The notes under the pieces were generated by a model, which did no database searches, was not told the origin of the DNA, and saw only the letters and a list, made by a program, of their open reading frames with translations. 64,000 nt of DNA, from contig JAGOSK010000002.1 in the NCBI GenBank assembly GCA_018062305.1, forward strand, positions 5,495 to 69,494, written 5' to 3'. This document shows, piece by piece, positions 49,862 to 59,360 of this stretch. Position 1 is the first letter of the stretch; every line of letters begins with the position of its first letter. The DNA is from Minisyncoccota bacterium. Lineage in GTDB: Bacteria; Patescibacteriota; Minisyncoccia; Phycocordibacterales; CAIZLB01. The position numbers and the translations under genes are program-made.

Positions 49862-51064
49862 ATGGCTTTTATCGATGAAATGACAGTACATGTGCGAGCG
49901 GGGCGTGGTGGAAACGGCGTTGTTCGATGGCTGCATGAAAAATTTAAGGAATTCGGAGGACCTTCTGGAGGTGATGGTGGGCGTGGTGCACATGTCTATG
50001 TAAAAGCTGTGCGAGATACGACACAACTTGCGCGATACAAAAATATAAAAGAGTTCAATGCTCCAAATGGTGAAGCTGGCGGAAATAATAGCAAGCATGG
50101 AGGCAATGGCGAAGATATGTATATTGATCTGCCTGTCGGAAGTGTTATCACAAACAGATCTACAAAAGAGGTTTATAGACTCAACCAAGAGGGCGAAAAA
50201 ATACAAATTTTAAAAGGTGGAAATGGTGGTCTTGGAAATGAGAGATTTAAATCTTCTACCAATCAGACGCCTGAAGAGTGGACTCCTGGAAAAAATGGAG
50301 AAGAAGCGGATTTTTATATTGAAGTAGAACTCATTGCTGACGCTGGACTTATTGGTCTTCCAAATGCTGGAAAGTCATCACTTCTGAATGCTTTGACAAA
50401 AGCTCATGCAAAAATCGGTGCATACCAATTCACAACACTTGAGCCAAACCTCGGCGCGCTCTACGACTATGTACTTGCAGATATTCCAGGACTCATCGAA
50501 GGTGCATCAGAAGGACGAGGGCTTGGGCACAAATTTCTCCGACATATAAAACGGACAAAAATGTTGTTCCATTGTATCTCTCTCGAGCATGAAACTGTAG
50601 ATGAAATTCAAGCAGTGTATAAAACGATTCGAAAAGAACTTGAAGACTATCATCCTGATATGATTCTTAAAAAAGAGGTCATTTTACTTACTAAAAGTGA
50701 TGTGTATACTCCGACTCTATTAGCTGAGAAAGTCGCCAAGATTAAATCAAGCATGAAGGAATGGAAAGGAAAAGACGTGCTCGTCGTCTCTGTGTACGAT
50801 ATTGATTCGCTCAAACAGCTAAGTGATTTTTTGACCAAAGAATTTGCTGAAGCAAATAAAAAAGAAATGGAAGAAAAAGAAATAAATGATGCACAAGCCG
50901 AGAAAGATGCGAAGATTGGTAATTTTGAGGGCTTTGAGAACAATGGAACTCAAAAGGCTGCTAAAGCCATGAAAAAAATAGCTAGAAAACCAAGAGTTAT
51001 AAAACCTAAGAAAGATAGTAAGACAAATGCTGGGGGTGCAAAAAGTAGAACAAATAAAAAATAG
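49862..51064 (+). CDS. obg: GTPase Obg/CgtA
   Basis: The Obg fold begins FIDEMTVHVRAGRGGNGVVRW. The GTPase G1 motif is GLPNAGKSSLL. The C-terminal tail is Lys-rich. Confidence 0.95.
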   Translation: MAFIDEMTVHVRAGRGGNGVVRWLHEKFKEFGGPSGGDGGRGAHVYVKAVRDTTQLARYKNIKEFNAPNGEAGGNNSKHGGNGEDMYIDLPVGSVITNRSTKEVYRLNQEGEKIQILKGGNGGLGNERFKSSTNQTPEEWTPGKNGEEADFYIEVELIADAGLIGLPNAGKSSLLNALTKAHAKIGAYQFTTLEPNLGALYDYVLADIPGLIEGASEGRGLGHKFLRHIKRTKMLFHCISLEHETVDEIQAVYKTIRKELEDYHPDMILKKEVILLTKSDVYTPTLLAEKVAKIKSSMKEWKGKDVLVVSVYDIDSLKQLSDFLTKEFAEANKKEMEEKEINDAQAEKDAKIGNFEGFENNGTQKAAKAMKKIARKPRVIKPKKDSKTNAGGAKSRTNKK

Positions 51065-51088
51065 ATATTTAATCTGGTATTCAATCCG

Positions 51089-52702
51089 ATGACAAACGAA
51101 GCAAAAAACGAAAAATCAAACACAATAACTGGTCCATCAGGAACAGTGTACTATCCGGTTATTGGACTCGAAATTCACGCTGAACTCAAGACGCAATCAA
51201 AGATGTTTTGTGCATGTCGAAATAATCCAGATGAACCACAACAAAACAAAAATATTTGTGCGATATGTATGGGTCATCCAGGAACTCTCCCTGTTCTAAA
51301 TAAGGCTGCAATTAAGCACGTAATTCGTGTTGGGGTGGCTGTTGGTGCTGATATTGCGGACTACACCGAATGGGATAGAAAGAACTATTTTTATCCAGAT
51401 ATTCCAAAAGGATATCAGATCAGTCAGTATGCATATCCGCTGATAAAAAACGGTTCAATCACTATCGGCGATAGTGAAATAAAATTGACGCGTATTCATC
51501 TCGAAGAAGATACTGCAAGTTCTTCTCATGATCATCCGCAAGATGCAAAGGGGCAGTCGTACAGTTTGGTCAATTTCAATCGTGCAGGAGTTCCATTGAT
51601 GGAACTTGTGACGGAACCAGTGATTCACGATGCAAAGACTGCTGGAAATTTTGCAAAAGAATTGCAATTGCTTTTGCGTGAGCTCGGAGCAGGGGATGCA
51701 AATATGGAAAAAGGGGAGATGCGTGTAGAAGTAAATATTTCTGTTTCGACAGACCCAAGAGCACATGATTTTCCATATGATTTTAAACATTTCGGGAAAA
51801 AAGTAGAGGTAAAAAATATTAATTCATTCCGTTCAGCAGAGCGTTCTATCGAGTTTGAAATCGCACGCCACATCGATATTTTGGAAAGAGCTGCACAAAA
51901 ATCGCAAGATTCCCAAAAACTCCAAGACCCAACACTGGTTATTGTCCAAGAGACACGTGGTTTCGACGAGACTACGGGAAAAACATTTTCACAAAGAGCA
52001 AAAGAAGATTCACATGACTATCGATATTTTCCTGATCCTGATTTACCAAAACTATTTCTCAGTGAAATTCCAGAATTCAATTTGGAAACTATAAAAGCTG
52101 AACTTCCAACACTTCCATGGCAACGCCGTGCAAAGTATCTAACTGATTTTGAGATGAAGGAAGAGGATGCGGAAATGTTTGTGCAGAATCCGATGTTCAG
52201 AGATTTTTTTGAAGCATTTGCAAGTGAAATTGATGTCGCAGAGAAGGACAAAGTCAAAGCTATTGAGCTAATTAAGCTTGGTATCAATTACATTACGTCT
52301 GATATTGCCGGGCTTGTGAAGAAAACTGGGTCAGAGATCCTTGTGCCGGCTCAGACTCTCAGCGAAATTGTCGAATTACTCAAAGCTGGAGAGCTTTCAT
52401 CAAGAGGAGCAAAGGATTTGATAGCATTATTTTGGCAAGAAGATAAAAAAACACTCGTGCAGGGAAAATCTGCGAATCAAATTGCCGAAGAAATGGGAAT
52501 TCTCATAAAAAATGACCCAGAAGCATTGGAAAAAATGATTCATGAAGTCATAGATGCAAATCCAACAGTACTTGCTAGCTACAAAGCAGGAAAGGAAGCA
52601 TCATTACAGTTTTTTATTGGTCAAATTATGAAATTGAGCAAAGGTTCAGTGAATCCAACTACTGCAAAGGAAGAAATCTTGAGAATTATTGCCTCAAAAT
52701 AG
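51089..52702 (+). CDS. gatB: Asp-tRNA(Asn)/Glu-tRNA(Gln) amidotransferase subunit B
   Basis: GLEIHAELKTQSKMFCAC at the N-terminus. The central conserved block is ICMGHPGTLPVLN...NYFYPD. Confidence 0.95.
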   Translation: MTNEAKNEKSNTITGPSGTVYYPVIGLEIHAELKTQSKMFCACRNNPDEPQQNKNICAICMGHPGTLPVLNKAAIKHVIRVGVAVGADIADYTEWDRKNYFYPDIPKGYQISQYAYPLIKNGSITIGDSEIKLTRIHLEEDTASSSHDHPQDAKGQSYSLVNFNRAGVPLMELVTEPVIHDAKTAGNFAKELQLLLRELGAGDANMEKGEMRVEVNISVSTDPRAHDFPYDFKHFGKKVEVKNINSFRSAERSIEFEIARHIDILERAAQKSQDSQKLQDPTLVIVQETRGFDETTGKTFSQRAKEDSHDYRYFPDPDLPKLFLSEIPEFNLETIKAELPTLPWQRRAKYLTDFEMKEEDAEMFVQNPMFRDFFEAFASEIDVAEKDKVKAIELIKLGINYITSDIAGLVKKTGSEILVPAQTLSEIVELLKAGELSSRGAKDLIALFWQEDKKTLVQGKSANQIAEEMGILIKNDPEALEKMIHEVIDANPTVLASYKAGKEASLQFFIGQIMKLSKGSVNPTTAKEEILRIIASK

Positions 52703-52878
52703 TTCAAACGGCCGTAAATAGCTCCAAATAGTTCAAAAATAGCTCGAAAACAATTTGCATTTGAATTAGTAATCAAACACTGTTTATCTTTTGTGGTGTA
52801 TTGTCAAAAAGCCTTAAAACTGTGGGCAACTTGGTATTAAAACGCTCAAAAATATTGTAAAATAAGCAGTAATACGAG

Positions 52879-55800
52879 ATGAAACAGAGGAACTTAACAA
52901 TCCGGAATCTTTTTGGCATTACCCTCACGGTTTTCATGTTTCTTTTTGCACCAAAAAGTGCCAACGCAGATACTCAGCTTTCGACCTTTCTCTCAGATGC
53001 CTCTAATCTTAAAAGCTTCTCCATTTCCAACCTTTCTATCCTTCCTGCTTTTTCAGATCAATTAAATTCTTTCAATTCATATACCAAAGAGTTGGTAGGA
53101 ACGACGGCTGGTGTCACTGAAGAAATTACTAAAAATGTATCAGAGGTAAAATCTCTCGCTGATGCGGTGATCACACAAGTGTCACAAACAATCGGTGGAG
53201 TGTCTAGCGAAATGTCACGTACAGCAGTGTCGCAGATTGCTTCACAATCCGCACAGGTTTCTGCCTCGGTATCGGATTCAGTTAATGGTAGTCTAGAAAA
53301 AGCATACGGATTTCTAATTGATAAAACTGCAAACATGTTTGGTCTGTTCTTCAACGTTGCAAACGACGAGTCAAAAGATGTGCCAGAAGATGCACTGTTG
53401 GATAATAAAAATATAATTGAAGATGTTACAGACGGTAGTACTGGAAATGAAATTTCTAATCCAACACAAATACCTCCTCGAACGACGACATATACCATAA
53501 CTAATTCGCCTGTTACATCTAAAACATCAAACACAAATACCGCATCAAATCTCTTAAATAACAATTTTATTCAAAATATTCTCAAAAGAATAAGCGCTCT
53601 TGAGAATTCACTTCAGAATACAATTGACAAAAGTTCTATCGGCGGTACTCCACTCAATTCCGCATATCCAGCTCCAATATATCAATACATTACTAACAAC
53701 TATGCAGGTGGAGGCGGAAGCTATAGTGTCCCTGCAGATACGACAGCGTCTACTAACGCAATAGTTACTTCTGCCGTGAGTACTTCAGCAGCATCACTGC
53801 AACAACAAATAGATGTACTTTCAACTTCTGGATCGGGATCAGGAAATGCAACAAATACATTTGCGTATATTATTGCAACATCGACGAGTGCAACGTCTAC
53901 CTTTGCAGGAAATATTGATATAGGGGGGAATTTGATTGCTGGTGGAAACTTGATAGCTACGGGCAATATTCAGGCGAATGCTTTCTATGGTGATGGATCA
54001 AATCTTACAGGTATTACTTCTTTTTCTACATCGACCACTCGAGGTGTATTATCATCGAGTGCAACGGGTCTCACCTATAACGACTCGACTGGAGATTTTT
54101 CACTTACATCTGGATATAATATTCCGCTCACCGCATCGACAACGGAGTGGGCTACTGCATATGCCAGCACAACAAATCTCACGACTTTTTGGTCAACACC
54201 TTCAACTCGTATCACAGCTGGTACTGGTTTGTCTTGGACTGGAAATACACTTAACAGTACAGGTGTAACTTCTATTGGTGGACTAACTGGAGTAGTGGCG
54301 ACATCCTCGCTTGGTATCACTTCAAGTCAGTGGACAACAAATGGATCAAATATTTCGTACTCTGCTGGCAACGTCGGTATAGCCACAACAACTCCCGGCT
54401 CTGCACTGACTGTGGCAGGAGATGTTCTCTCTACAGGCTCCTTGACTATTGGAACCACTTTAGTAAGAACAGGACAAGGAACACTTTTTGATGGAAATAA
54501 TTTTATTGCATTAGGTGGAAATGCTGGTTTCAGGAGTAATGGTGGCAACATGACTTTGGGTAACGGAACAGACCCATATGTTTTAACAATTCGTGGAGCA
54601 TCAGGACTATACGCTGCTAGTACTGCGGCAATTGGATTTACTTCATCTACTTCTTATGGTGGGACGCTCGATACAAACATTTCGAGAATTTCAGCTGGAG
54701 TTATAGCTGTAGGCACGGGAGCTACTGGTAGTAGCGCAGGTACACTTCTTGCGACTGCTATCGGCATAGCCACCACGACACCAGGCTACGCACTCACAGT
54801 TGCGGGAGACATTTCCCTGACAGGCGCACTTCGTGCAAATGGAGATGCGGGAACTTCGGGTATGGTACTTCTATCAAACGGATCAAGCGCACCAACGTGG
54901 GTAGCTACATCAAGTCTTGGTATTTCTGGAGGAGGTGGAGGAAGTGGAACTGTAAACTCAGGTCTCACAGGACAAGTGGCGTACTATGGCGCTGATGGTA
55001 CAGCAGTGAGTGGTACTTCAACATTATTCTTCTCCGGCGGAAATATCGGAATCGGTACAACAACTCCAGGCTCAATGCTTACAGTTTCTGGAAATGCATT
55101 TATCGGAGGGACCTTAACAGCAACAGGAACAGTAAGTGTAGCAGCCCTTATCACTGGAACTGTTGCAAGTGCACCCACGATTGATTTTGGTGCAGACATG
55201 AGCAATGTATTAATGATTTCCGGCGGAACTGGTGGTCGTATAGCAGGATTTGGAAATATGGGAGGAGGTCATCTAGCAGTACGATTAAGCAGTGCAGTTT
55301 TCCTTGAATGGTCTGCACCAAATGATCCGCGTCAGGGAGTTGACACAGCATTTCAACGTCTTGCTGCTGGTAAAATTAGCTTAGGTAATGGAACATCAAA
55401 TGATATAAGTGGAACCCTTGCTTTGGGTAACCTTGGTATCGGATCAAGTACACCAACAGCAAGATTGAGTATTGTTGGGACGTCAGGTGCGACTACAGCT
55501 TTGATAAATATTGCTTCATCTACAGGTACATCTTTATTTAATGTGTTGTCCAGTGGAAATGTAGGAATCGCTACAACAACTCCTGGCTACGCACTCACTG
55601 TGGCAGGAGATTTTTCTCTAACAGGCGCACTTCGTTCGAGTGGAAACGCTGGTACATCAGGAATGGTTTTGCAAACTACTGGAACAGGTACACAATGGGT
55701 AGCTACATCAAGTCTTGGTATTTCTGGAGGAGGAGGTGGTAGTTTAACTGGTACAACAGGTCAAGTTGCATACTTTTCAGGAACGGACACAGCAGTAGGT

Positions 55801-57291
55801 ACATCCTCGCTCTTTATAGCAACAGGTGGAAATGTGGGCGTGGGGACTGTTTCTCCATCTGCTCGGATTCATGCTCTGTCAACAACCGAGCAGCTCCGCC
55901 TTGGATATGACGCTTCAAATTACTCTAAATTTACAGTAGGTTCAGCTTCAGGTCTAACGATAACTCCCGGTGTAAACGGTACATCTGCATTCAACTTCAC
56001 AAAAGCAGATGGTACAACATCGATCTTGAATGTTGATTCGACAAATGAATATGTAGGAATCGGTACAAGCGCATCAGGTGCAAAATTAGATGTCTATAGC
56101 GCAACTAATGGTCTTGCAACCTTAAGACTTGAACATACTTTCGGAAAATATGGCGCAACATCTCCTTTTTTGAGATTTAAATATGGTTCTGATTCATTTT
56201 TAACTGATATTTACACAGGTACATTCAATCAATTTACTATTGATCATTCTGGAAGTGATATGTATATATTCACGGATTCGAACAGAAATATGTCTTTACA
56301 AAAAGACGGAGGTAATGTTGGTATTGGGGAGACCTCACCGGGTTCTATTCTATCTGTCTCAGGTGGAGGAACTTTTGGTACCTCTTATGACACTACAGTC
56401 TCTCCTGCCAACGGCCTTCTTATTGAGGGAGACGTTGGGATAGGTACGACGACCCCTATAGCAAAACTTTCTGTTGTAGGTTCTATCAACGCTACGAGTC
56501 TTCTTGGAGGATCAACGAATCTTACTGTTGATGCAAACGGAAATATTATTCGAGACCCATCAGACCAGGCACTTAAAGAAAATATCATAACCCTTGAAGA
56601 TTCACTCACGAAGATATCACAACTCAGAGGTGTAAGATATGAATGGAAAGATAAAGTACGATTTGGTAGTTCGACAGAAATTGGAGTAATTGCACAAGAG
56701 GTTGAACTTGTTGTACCTGAAGTTGTATCATCGGGAGGCTCGTACAAGTCAGTAAATATAAAAAACCTTGTGGCTCTTCTTATAGAAGGTGTCAAAGAAT
56801 TAAAAGTTCAATTTGATGTGGTTAAAGAAAAAGTTGTAGCAATTTCTTCATGGTTTGGTACAGACGGAGATAGATTCAATGTGAAAGGTCTTGTCTGTGT
56901 AGATGATGTGTGTTTGACAAAAGATCAGTTCAAACAATTACTAATCAATACCGGAGGAACGAGCGGTGTGGATCCTGTTGTGCCTACTCCTAGTGCTGGT
57001 GATTCTGAAACTTCTCAGAGCTCTGGAGACGAAGAAAATACAGAAAATGGAACGAGTACACAGAGTGGTGATATAGATAGCGGTGCAAATAGCAATGCGA
57101 CCAACGGAACAAGTACAACGGCACCACCCCCAACATCAACTCCAACCCCACCCGAAACTGAAACTCCTGAACCAACACCCGAGCCGACTCCTGCTGTAGT
57201 GGAACCTGCCCCTACACCAGAACCTGCTCCCGCACCCGCACCCGCACCCGCACCTGAACCCGCGCCAAGTCCTGCCTCCGCCGCCGAATAA
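52879..57291 (+). CDS. Giant (1470 aa) secreted phage-tail-fibre-like protein with an internal intramolecular-chaperone (Peptidase S74/endosialidase ICD-like) domain and a Pro-rich C-terminal tail
   Basis: Signal peptide MKQRNLTIRNLFGITLTVFMFLFAPKSANA. At least 4 GN(V/I)GI(A/G)TTTPG..LTV.G repeats are present. The C-terminal block DPSDQALKENIITLEDSLTKISQLRGVRYEWKD...EIGVIAQEVELVVPEVV matches the SDxxLKENI...GxIAQEV consensus of self-cleaving tail-spike chaperone domains. Confidence 0.85.
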   Translation: MKQRNLTIRNLFGITLTVFMFLFAPKSANADTQLSTFLSDASNLKSFSISNLSILPAFSDQLNSFNSYTKELVGTTAGVTEEITKNVSEVKSLADAVITQVSQTIGGVSSEMSRTAVSQIASQSAQVSASVSDSVNGSLEKAYGFLIDKTANMFGLFFNVANDESKDVPEDALLDNKNIIEDVTDGSTGNEISNPTQIPPRTTTYTITNSPVTSKTSNTNTASNLLNNNFIQNILKRISALENSLQNTIDKSSIGGTPLNSAYPAPIYQYITNNYAGGGGSYSVPADTTASTNAIVTSAVSTSAASLQQQIDVLSTSGSGSGNATNTFAYIIATSTSATSTFAGNIDIGGNLIAGGNLIATGNIQANAFYGDGSNLTGITSFSTSTTRGVLSSSATGLTYNDSTGDFSLTSGYNIPLTASTTEWATAYASTTNLTTFWSTPSTRITAGTGLSWTGNTLNSTGVTSIGGLTGVVATSSLGITSSQWTTNGSNISYSAGNVGIATTTPGSALTVAGDVLSTGSLTIGTTLVRTGQGTLFDGNNFIALGGNAGFRSNGGNMTLGNGTDPYVLTIRGASGLYAASTAAIGFTSSTSYGGTLDTNISRISAGVIAVGTGATGSSAGTLLATAIGIATTTPGYALTVAGDISLTGALRANGDAGTSGMVLLSNGSSAPTWVATSSLGISGGGGGSGTVNSGLTGQVAYYGADGTAVSGTSTLFFSGGNIGIGTTTPGSMLTVSGNAFIGGTLTATGTVSVAALITGTVASAPTIDFGADMSNVLMISGGTGGRIAGFGNMGGGHLAVRLSSAVFLEWSAPNDPRQGVDTAFQRLAAGKISLGNGTSNDISGTLALGNLGIGSSTPTARLSIVGTSGATTALINIASSTGTSLFNVLSSGNVGIATTTPGYALTVAGDFSLTGALRSSGNAGTSGMVLQTTGTGTQWVATSSLGISGGGGGSLTGTTGQVAYFSGTDTAVGTSSLFIATGGNVGVGTVSPSARIHALSTTEQLRLGYDASNYSKFTVGSASGLTITPGVNGTSAFNFTKADGTTSILNVDSTNEYVGIGTSASGAKLDVYSATNGLATLRLEHTFGKYGATSPFLRFKYGSDSFLTDIYTGTFNQFTIDHSGSDMYIFTDSNRNMSLQKDGGNVGIGETSPGSILSVSGGGTFGTSYDTTVSPANGLLIEGDVGIGTTTPIAKLSVVGSINATSLLGGSTNLTVDANGNIIRDPSDQALKENIITLEDSLTKISQLRGVRYEWKDKVRFGSSTEIGVIAQEVELVVPEVVSSGGSYKSVNIKNLVALLIEGVKELKVQFDVVKEKVVAISSWFGTDGDRFNVKGLVCVDDVCLTKDQFKQLLINTGGTSGVDPVVPTPSAGDSETSQSSGDEENTENGTSTQSGDIDSGANSNATNGTSTTAPPPTSTPTPPETETPEPTPEPTPAVVEPAPTPEPAPAPAPAPAPEPAPSPASAAE
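54781..55750 (+). repeat. Intragenic direct repeat: two copies of about 170 bp, about 85 % identical (54781..54948 and 55582..55750), about 800 bp apart in the giant gene
   Basis: ccaggctacgcactcacagttgcgggagac...gtagctacatcaagtcttggtatttctggaggagg recurs with few substitutions. At protein level both copies read PGYALTVAGD.SLTGALR...WVATSSLGISGGGGGS. Confidence 0.8.
56551..56870 (+). other. Putative autoproteolytic intramolecular chaperone domain within the giant protein (predicted Ser-Lys dyad Ser1228/Lys1233; Ser codon at 56560..56562)
   Basis: The SDQALK motif is aligned by eye to the S-D-x-x-L/V-K cleavage motif of endosialidase-type ICDs. Confidence 0.55.
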
Positions 57292-57360
57292 TTTTAAAAA
57301 TAACTACGAAACTGCTATACTATATATATAGTAGTTTTAACTTTTCACACAGAAATTTAC

Positions 57361-58404
57361 ATGACATCAAACACGGGCACAGTAAAAAAAGTAGCAATTA
57401 ACGGAGGAGGACGAATTGGACGAGCATTCTTGAAACTCGCGGTTATGGAACCGTCACTTGAAGTGGTAGCTATCAACGACCTCGCTGATATCGGCAACAT
57501 CGCGTATCTCATGAAATATGACAGTGCATATGGACGGAGTAATCTCGATATCAAAGTTGATGTGGAAAAAAATTCGTTCATCATCAATGGTAAAGAAGTT
57601 AAATATGTCAGTGAAAAAGATCCTGCAAATCTTCCATGGGCAGCACTTGGCGTGGACATCGTCCTCGAATCTACTGGACTCTTTACTTCATATGAGAAAG
57701 CGAGTGCTCATATCAAAGCTGGTGCGAAGCGAGTCGTCATATCAGCTCCTGCAAAAGACGAAGCGGGTGCAACTCAAGCGGTAACAGTTCTCATGGGAAT
57801 CAACACTGGGGATATGCCAACATGCGAAGTGTCATCGAACGCATCATGTACTACAAACGCGGCATCTCCACTCATCTCTATATTGAATGATAAAATTGGT
57901 ATCGAAAAAGCAATTCTCAATACAACTCACGCATACACAGCAAGTCAGGCACTTGTAGATGCTCCAAACAAAAAAGACTGGCGAGAGGGTAGAGCGGCCG
58001 CTATGAACATGGCTCCATCATCAACAGGTGCAGCAAAAGCAGTGACGCAAGTTATCCCTGAACTCAAAGGTAAGTTTGACGGTATTGCAGTACGAGTGCC
58101 GGTTATCACGGGTTCTCTTGTAGATGTTACATTTATTGCGAAACGTGCGACGACAGTAGAAGAAGTAAACCAAATCCTTCGAGATGCTGCAGCAAGCGCT
58201 AACTGGAAAGGAATCTTCGATGCAACTGACGATGAGCTCGTGTCACGGGATATTGTAGGAAATCCTCATGCATCTATTGCAGACCTCAAGATGACACGAG
58301 TGGTGGATGGAAATCTCGTGAAAGTACTTGCATGGTATGACAATGAAGGAGGGTATACGCATACTCTCATCCAGCATGTGGTGGAGGCGGGGAAGTTGAT
58401 ATAA
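57361..58404 (+). CDS. gap: Glyceraldehyde-3-phosphate dehydrogenase (type I)
   Basis: NGGGRIGR for NAD binding. The active-site segment is SNASCTTNAASPL, retaining the catalytic Cys. Confidence 0.95.
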   Translation: MTSNTGTVKKVAINGGGRIGRAFLKLAVMEPSLEVVAINDLADIGNIAYLMKYDSAYGRSNLDIKVDVEKNSFIINGKEVKYVSEKDPANLPWAALGVDIVLESTGLFTSYEKASAHIKAGAKRVVISAPAKDEAGATQAVTVLMGINTGDMPTCEVSSNASCTTNAASPLISILNDKIGIEKAILNTTHAYTASQALVDAPNKKDWREGRAAAMNMAPSSTGAAKAVTQVIPELKGKFDGIAVRVPVITGSLVDVTFIAKRATTVEEVNQILRDAAASANWKGIFDATDDELVSRDIVGNPHASIADLKMTRVVDGNLVKVLAWYDNEGGYTHTLIQHVVEAGKLI

Positions 58405-58424
58405 AAATAATAATACACAATCAC

Positions 58425-58703
58425 ATGCCAAAAGAAACTTTTGTAGAAGGAATATTTGTAGGTTCGGAGAGTCCTGTTGGAAAAGAGTTTGCCAAACTTT
58501 CTCCAGAAGATCAGCAGCTCATTGCGGATGCGTTAGCCGAGATAACACATGATGGTCCAGGTGTATGCGATATTGTCCCAGAAGATGGCGTAAATGCCTT
58601 CGTACAACACCTCCGAAATTATATGTCAGTTGAAGGTGAAGATCCAACAGGTCTAAGAAATGACGCTGCCATGGCAGTTAAAAGGATGTTGATGTTGGAG
58701 TAG
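58425..58703 (+). CDS. Hypothetical acidic small protein
   Basis: 92-aa ORF with window-typical codon usage and no recognisable motif. Confidence 0.4.
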   Translation: MPKETFVEGIFVGSESPVGKEFAKLSPEDQQLIADALAEITHDGPGVCDIVPEDGVNAFVQHLRNYMSVEGEDPTGLRNDAAMAVKRMLMLE

Positions 58704-58705
58704 GA

Positions 58706-59236
58706 GTGATGAATAAGAAGGTAGTATGTTATAATTCACACATGAACCTCGATATATTTAAAAAAAAGATTCCATATGTGCTCGCTATAAGTAGTATCCT
58801 TGTTGTCTCAGTACTATGTGTTTCTTATATTATGATAAGCCAAAAAATAACCCCCGATATACTTTTTAGTAACAGCACTTTTATGAGAAAAGATCTAAAA
58901 CAAACTCAAGGTGAGGAAACTCAAGTTGATCCAAATCCAAATGTAGTACCTTGGGTGCCACAGGAGATGACAGAACTTGAGGCAAAAGATTTAGCAAAAG
59001 ATAAGGCTATAGAGGCTGGCCTCACAACTGCACCTAGAGAGTGCCTCAGTGTAACTTTGAAGAAGAGGGATACAGATGAATTTGGAGATACTGTTACTTA
59101 TGTGGTACGTGAACTGAAAAATAAGACATGTGGTGGCGTCGCTGGAGACCCTGTATATGTTAATAAATTCAGCGCTAACTTAAAGACCGGTGAGGTTTCT
59201 TGGACGATGTATGACACTGAGGACAGTATAATATAA
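58706..59236 (+). CDS. Hypothetical membrane-anchored protein
   Basis: TM helix IPYVLAISSILVVSVLCVSYIMI. The real start is probably the internal MNLDIF. Confidence 0.45.
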   Translation: MMNKKVVCYNSHMNLDIFKKKIPYVLAISSILVVSVLCVSYIMISQKITPDILFSNSTFMRKDLKQTQGEETQVDPNPNVVPWVPQEMTELEAKDLAKDKAIEAGLTTAPRECLSVTLKKRDTDEFGDTVTYVVRELKNKTCGGVAGDPVYVNKFSANLKTGEVSWTMYDTEDSII

Positions 59237-59360
59237 GCCAATTTTCAAAAGCTAGCCCATTTCAGACAAAATTATCCACAGCCCCAGGGTGGGTTGCTTG
59301 CCCTAGAGATATAAGGCGAGTTATACTTTAATTGCATTTTACTAATACAATATAAATTAA

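Noticed and set aside
53058-55351. Numerous minus-strand ORFs (53058..53564, 53721..53966, 54075..54551, 54786..55351)
   Set aside because: They are antisense to the continuous 1470-aa giant gene. Its repetitive Gly/Thr/Ser codons lack stops on the opposite strand.
52879-57291. Prophage or phage-tail gene cluster
   Set aside because: Only a single tail-fibre-like gene is present, and gatB/obg upstream and gap downstream are housekeeping genes. No capsid, terminase, integrase or other phage genes are in the window, so it is treated as a domesticated chromosomal surface protein.
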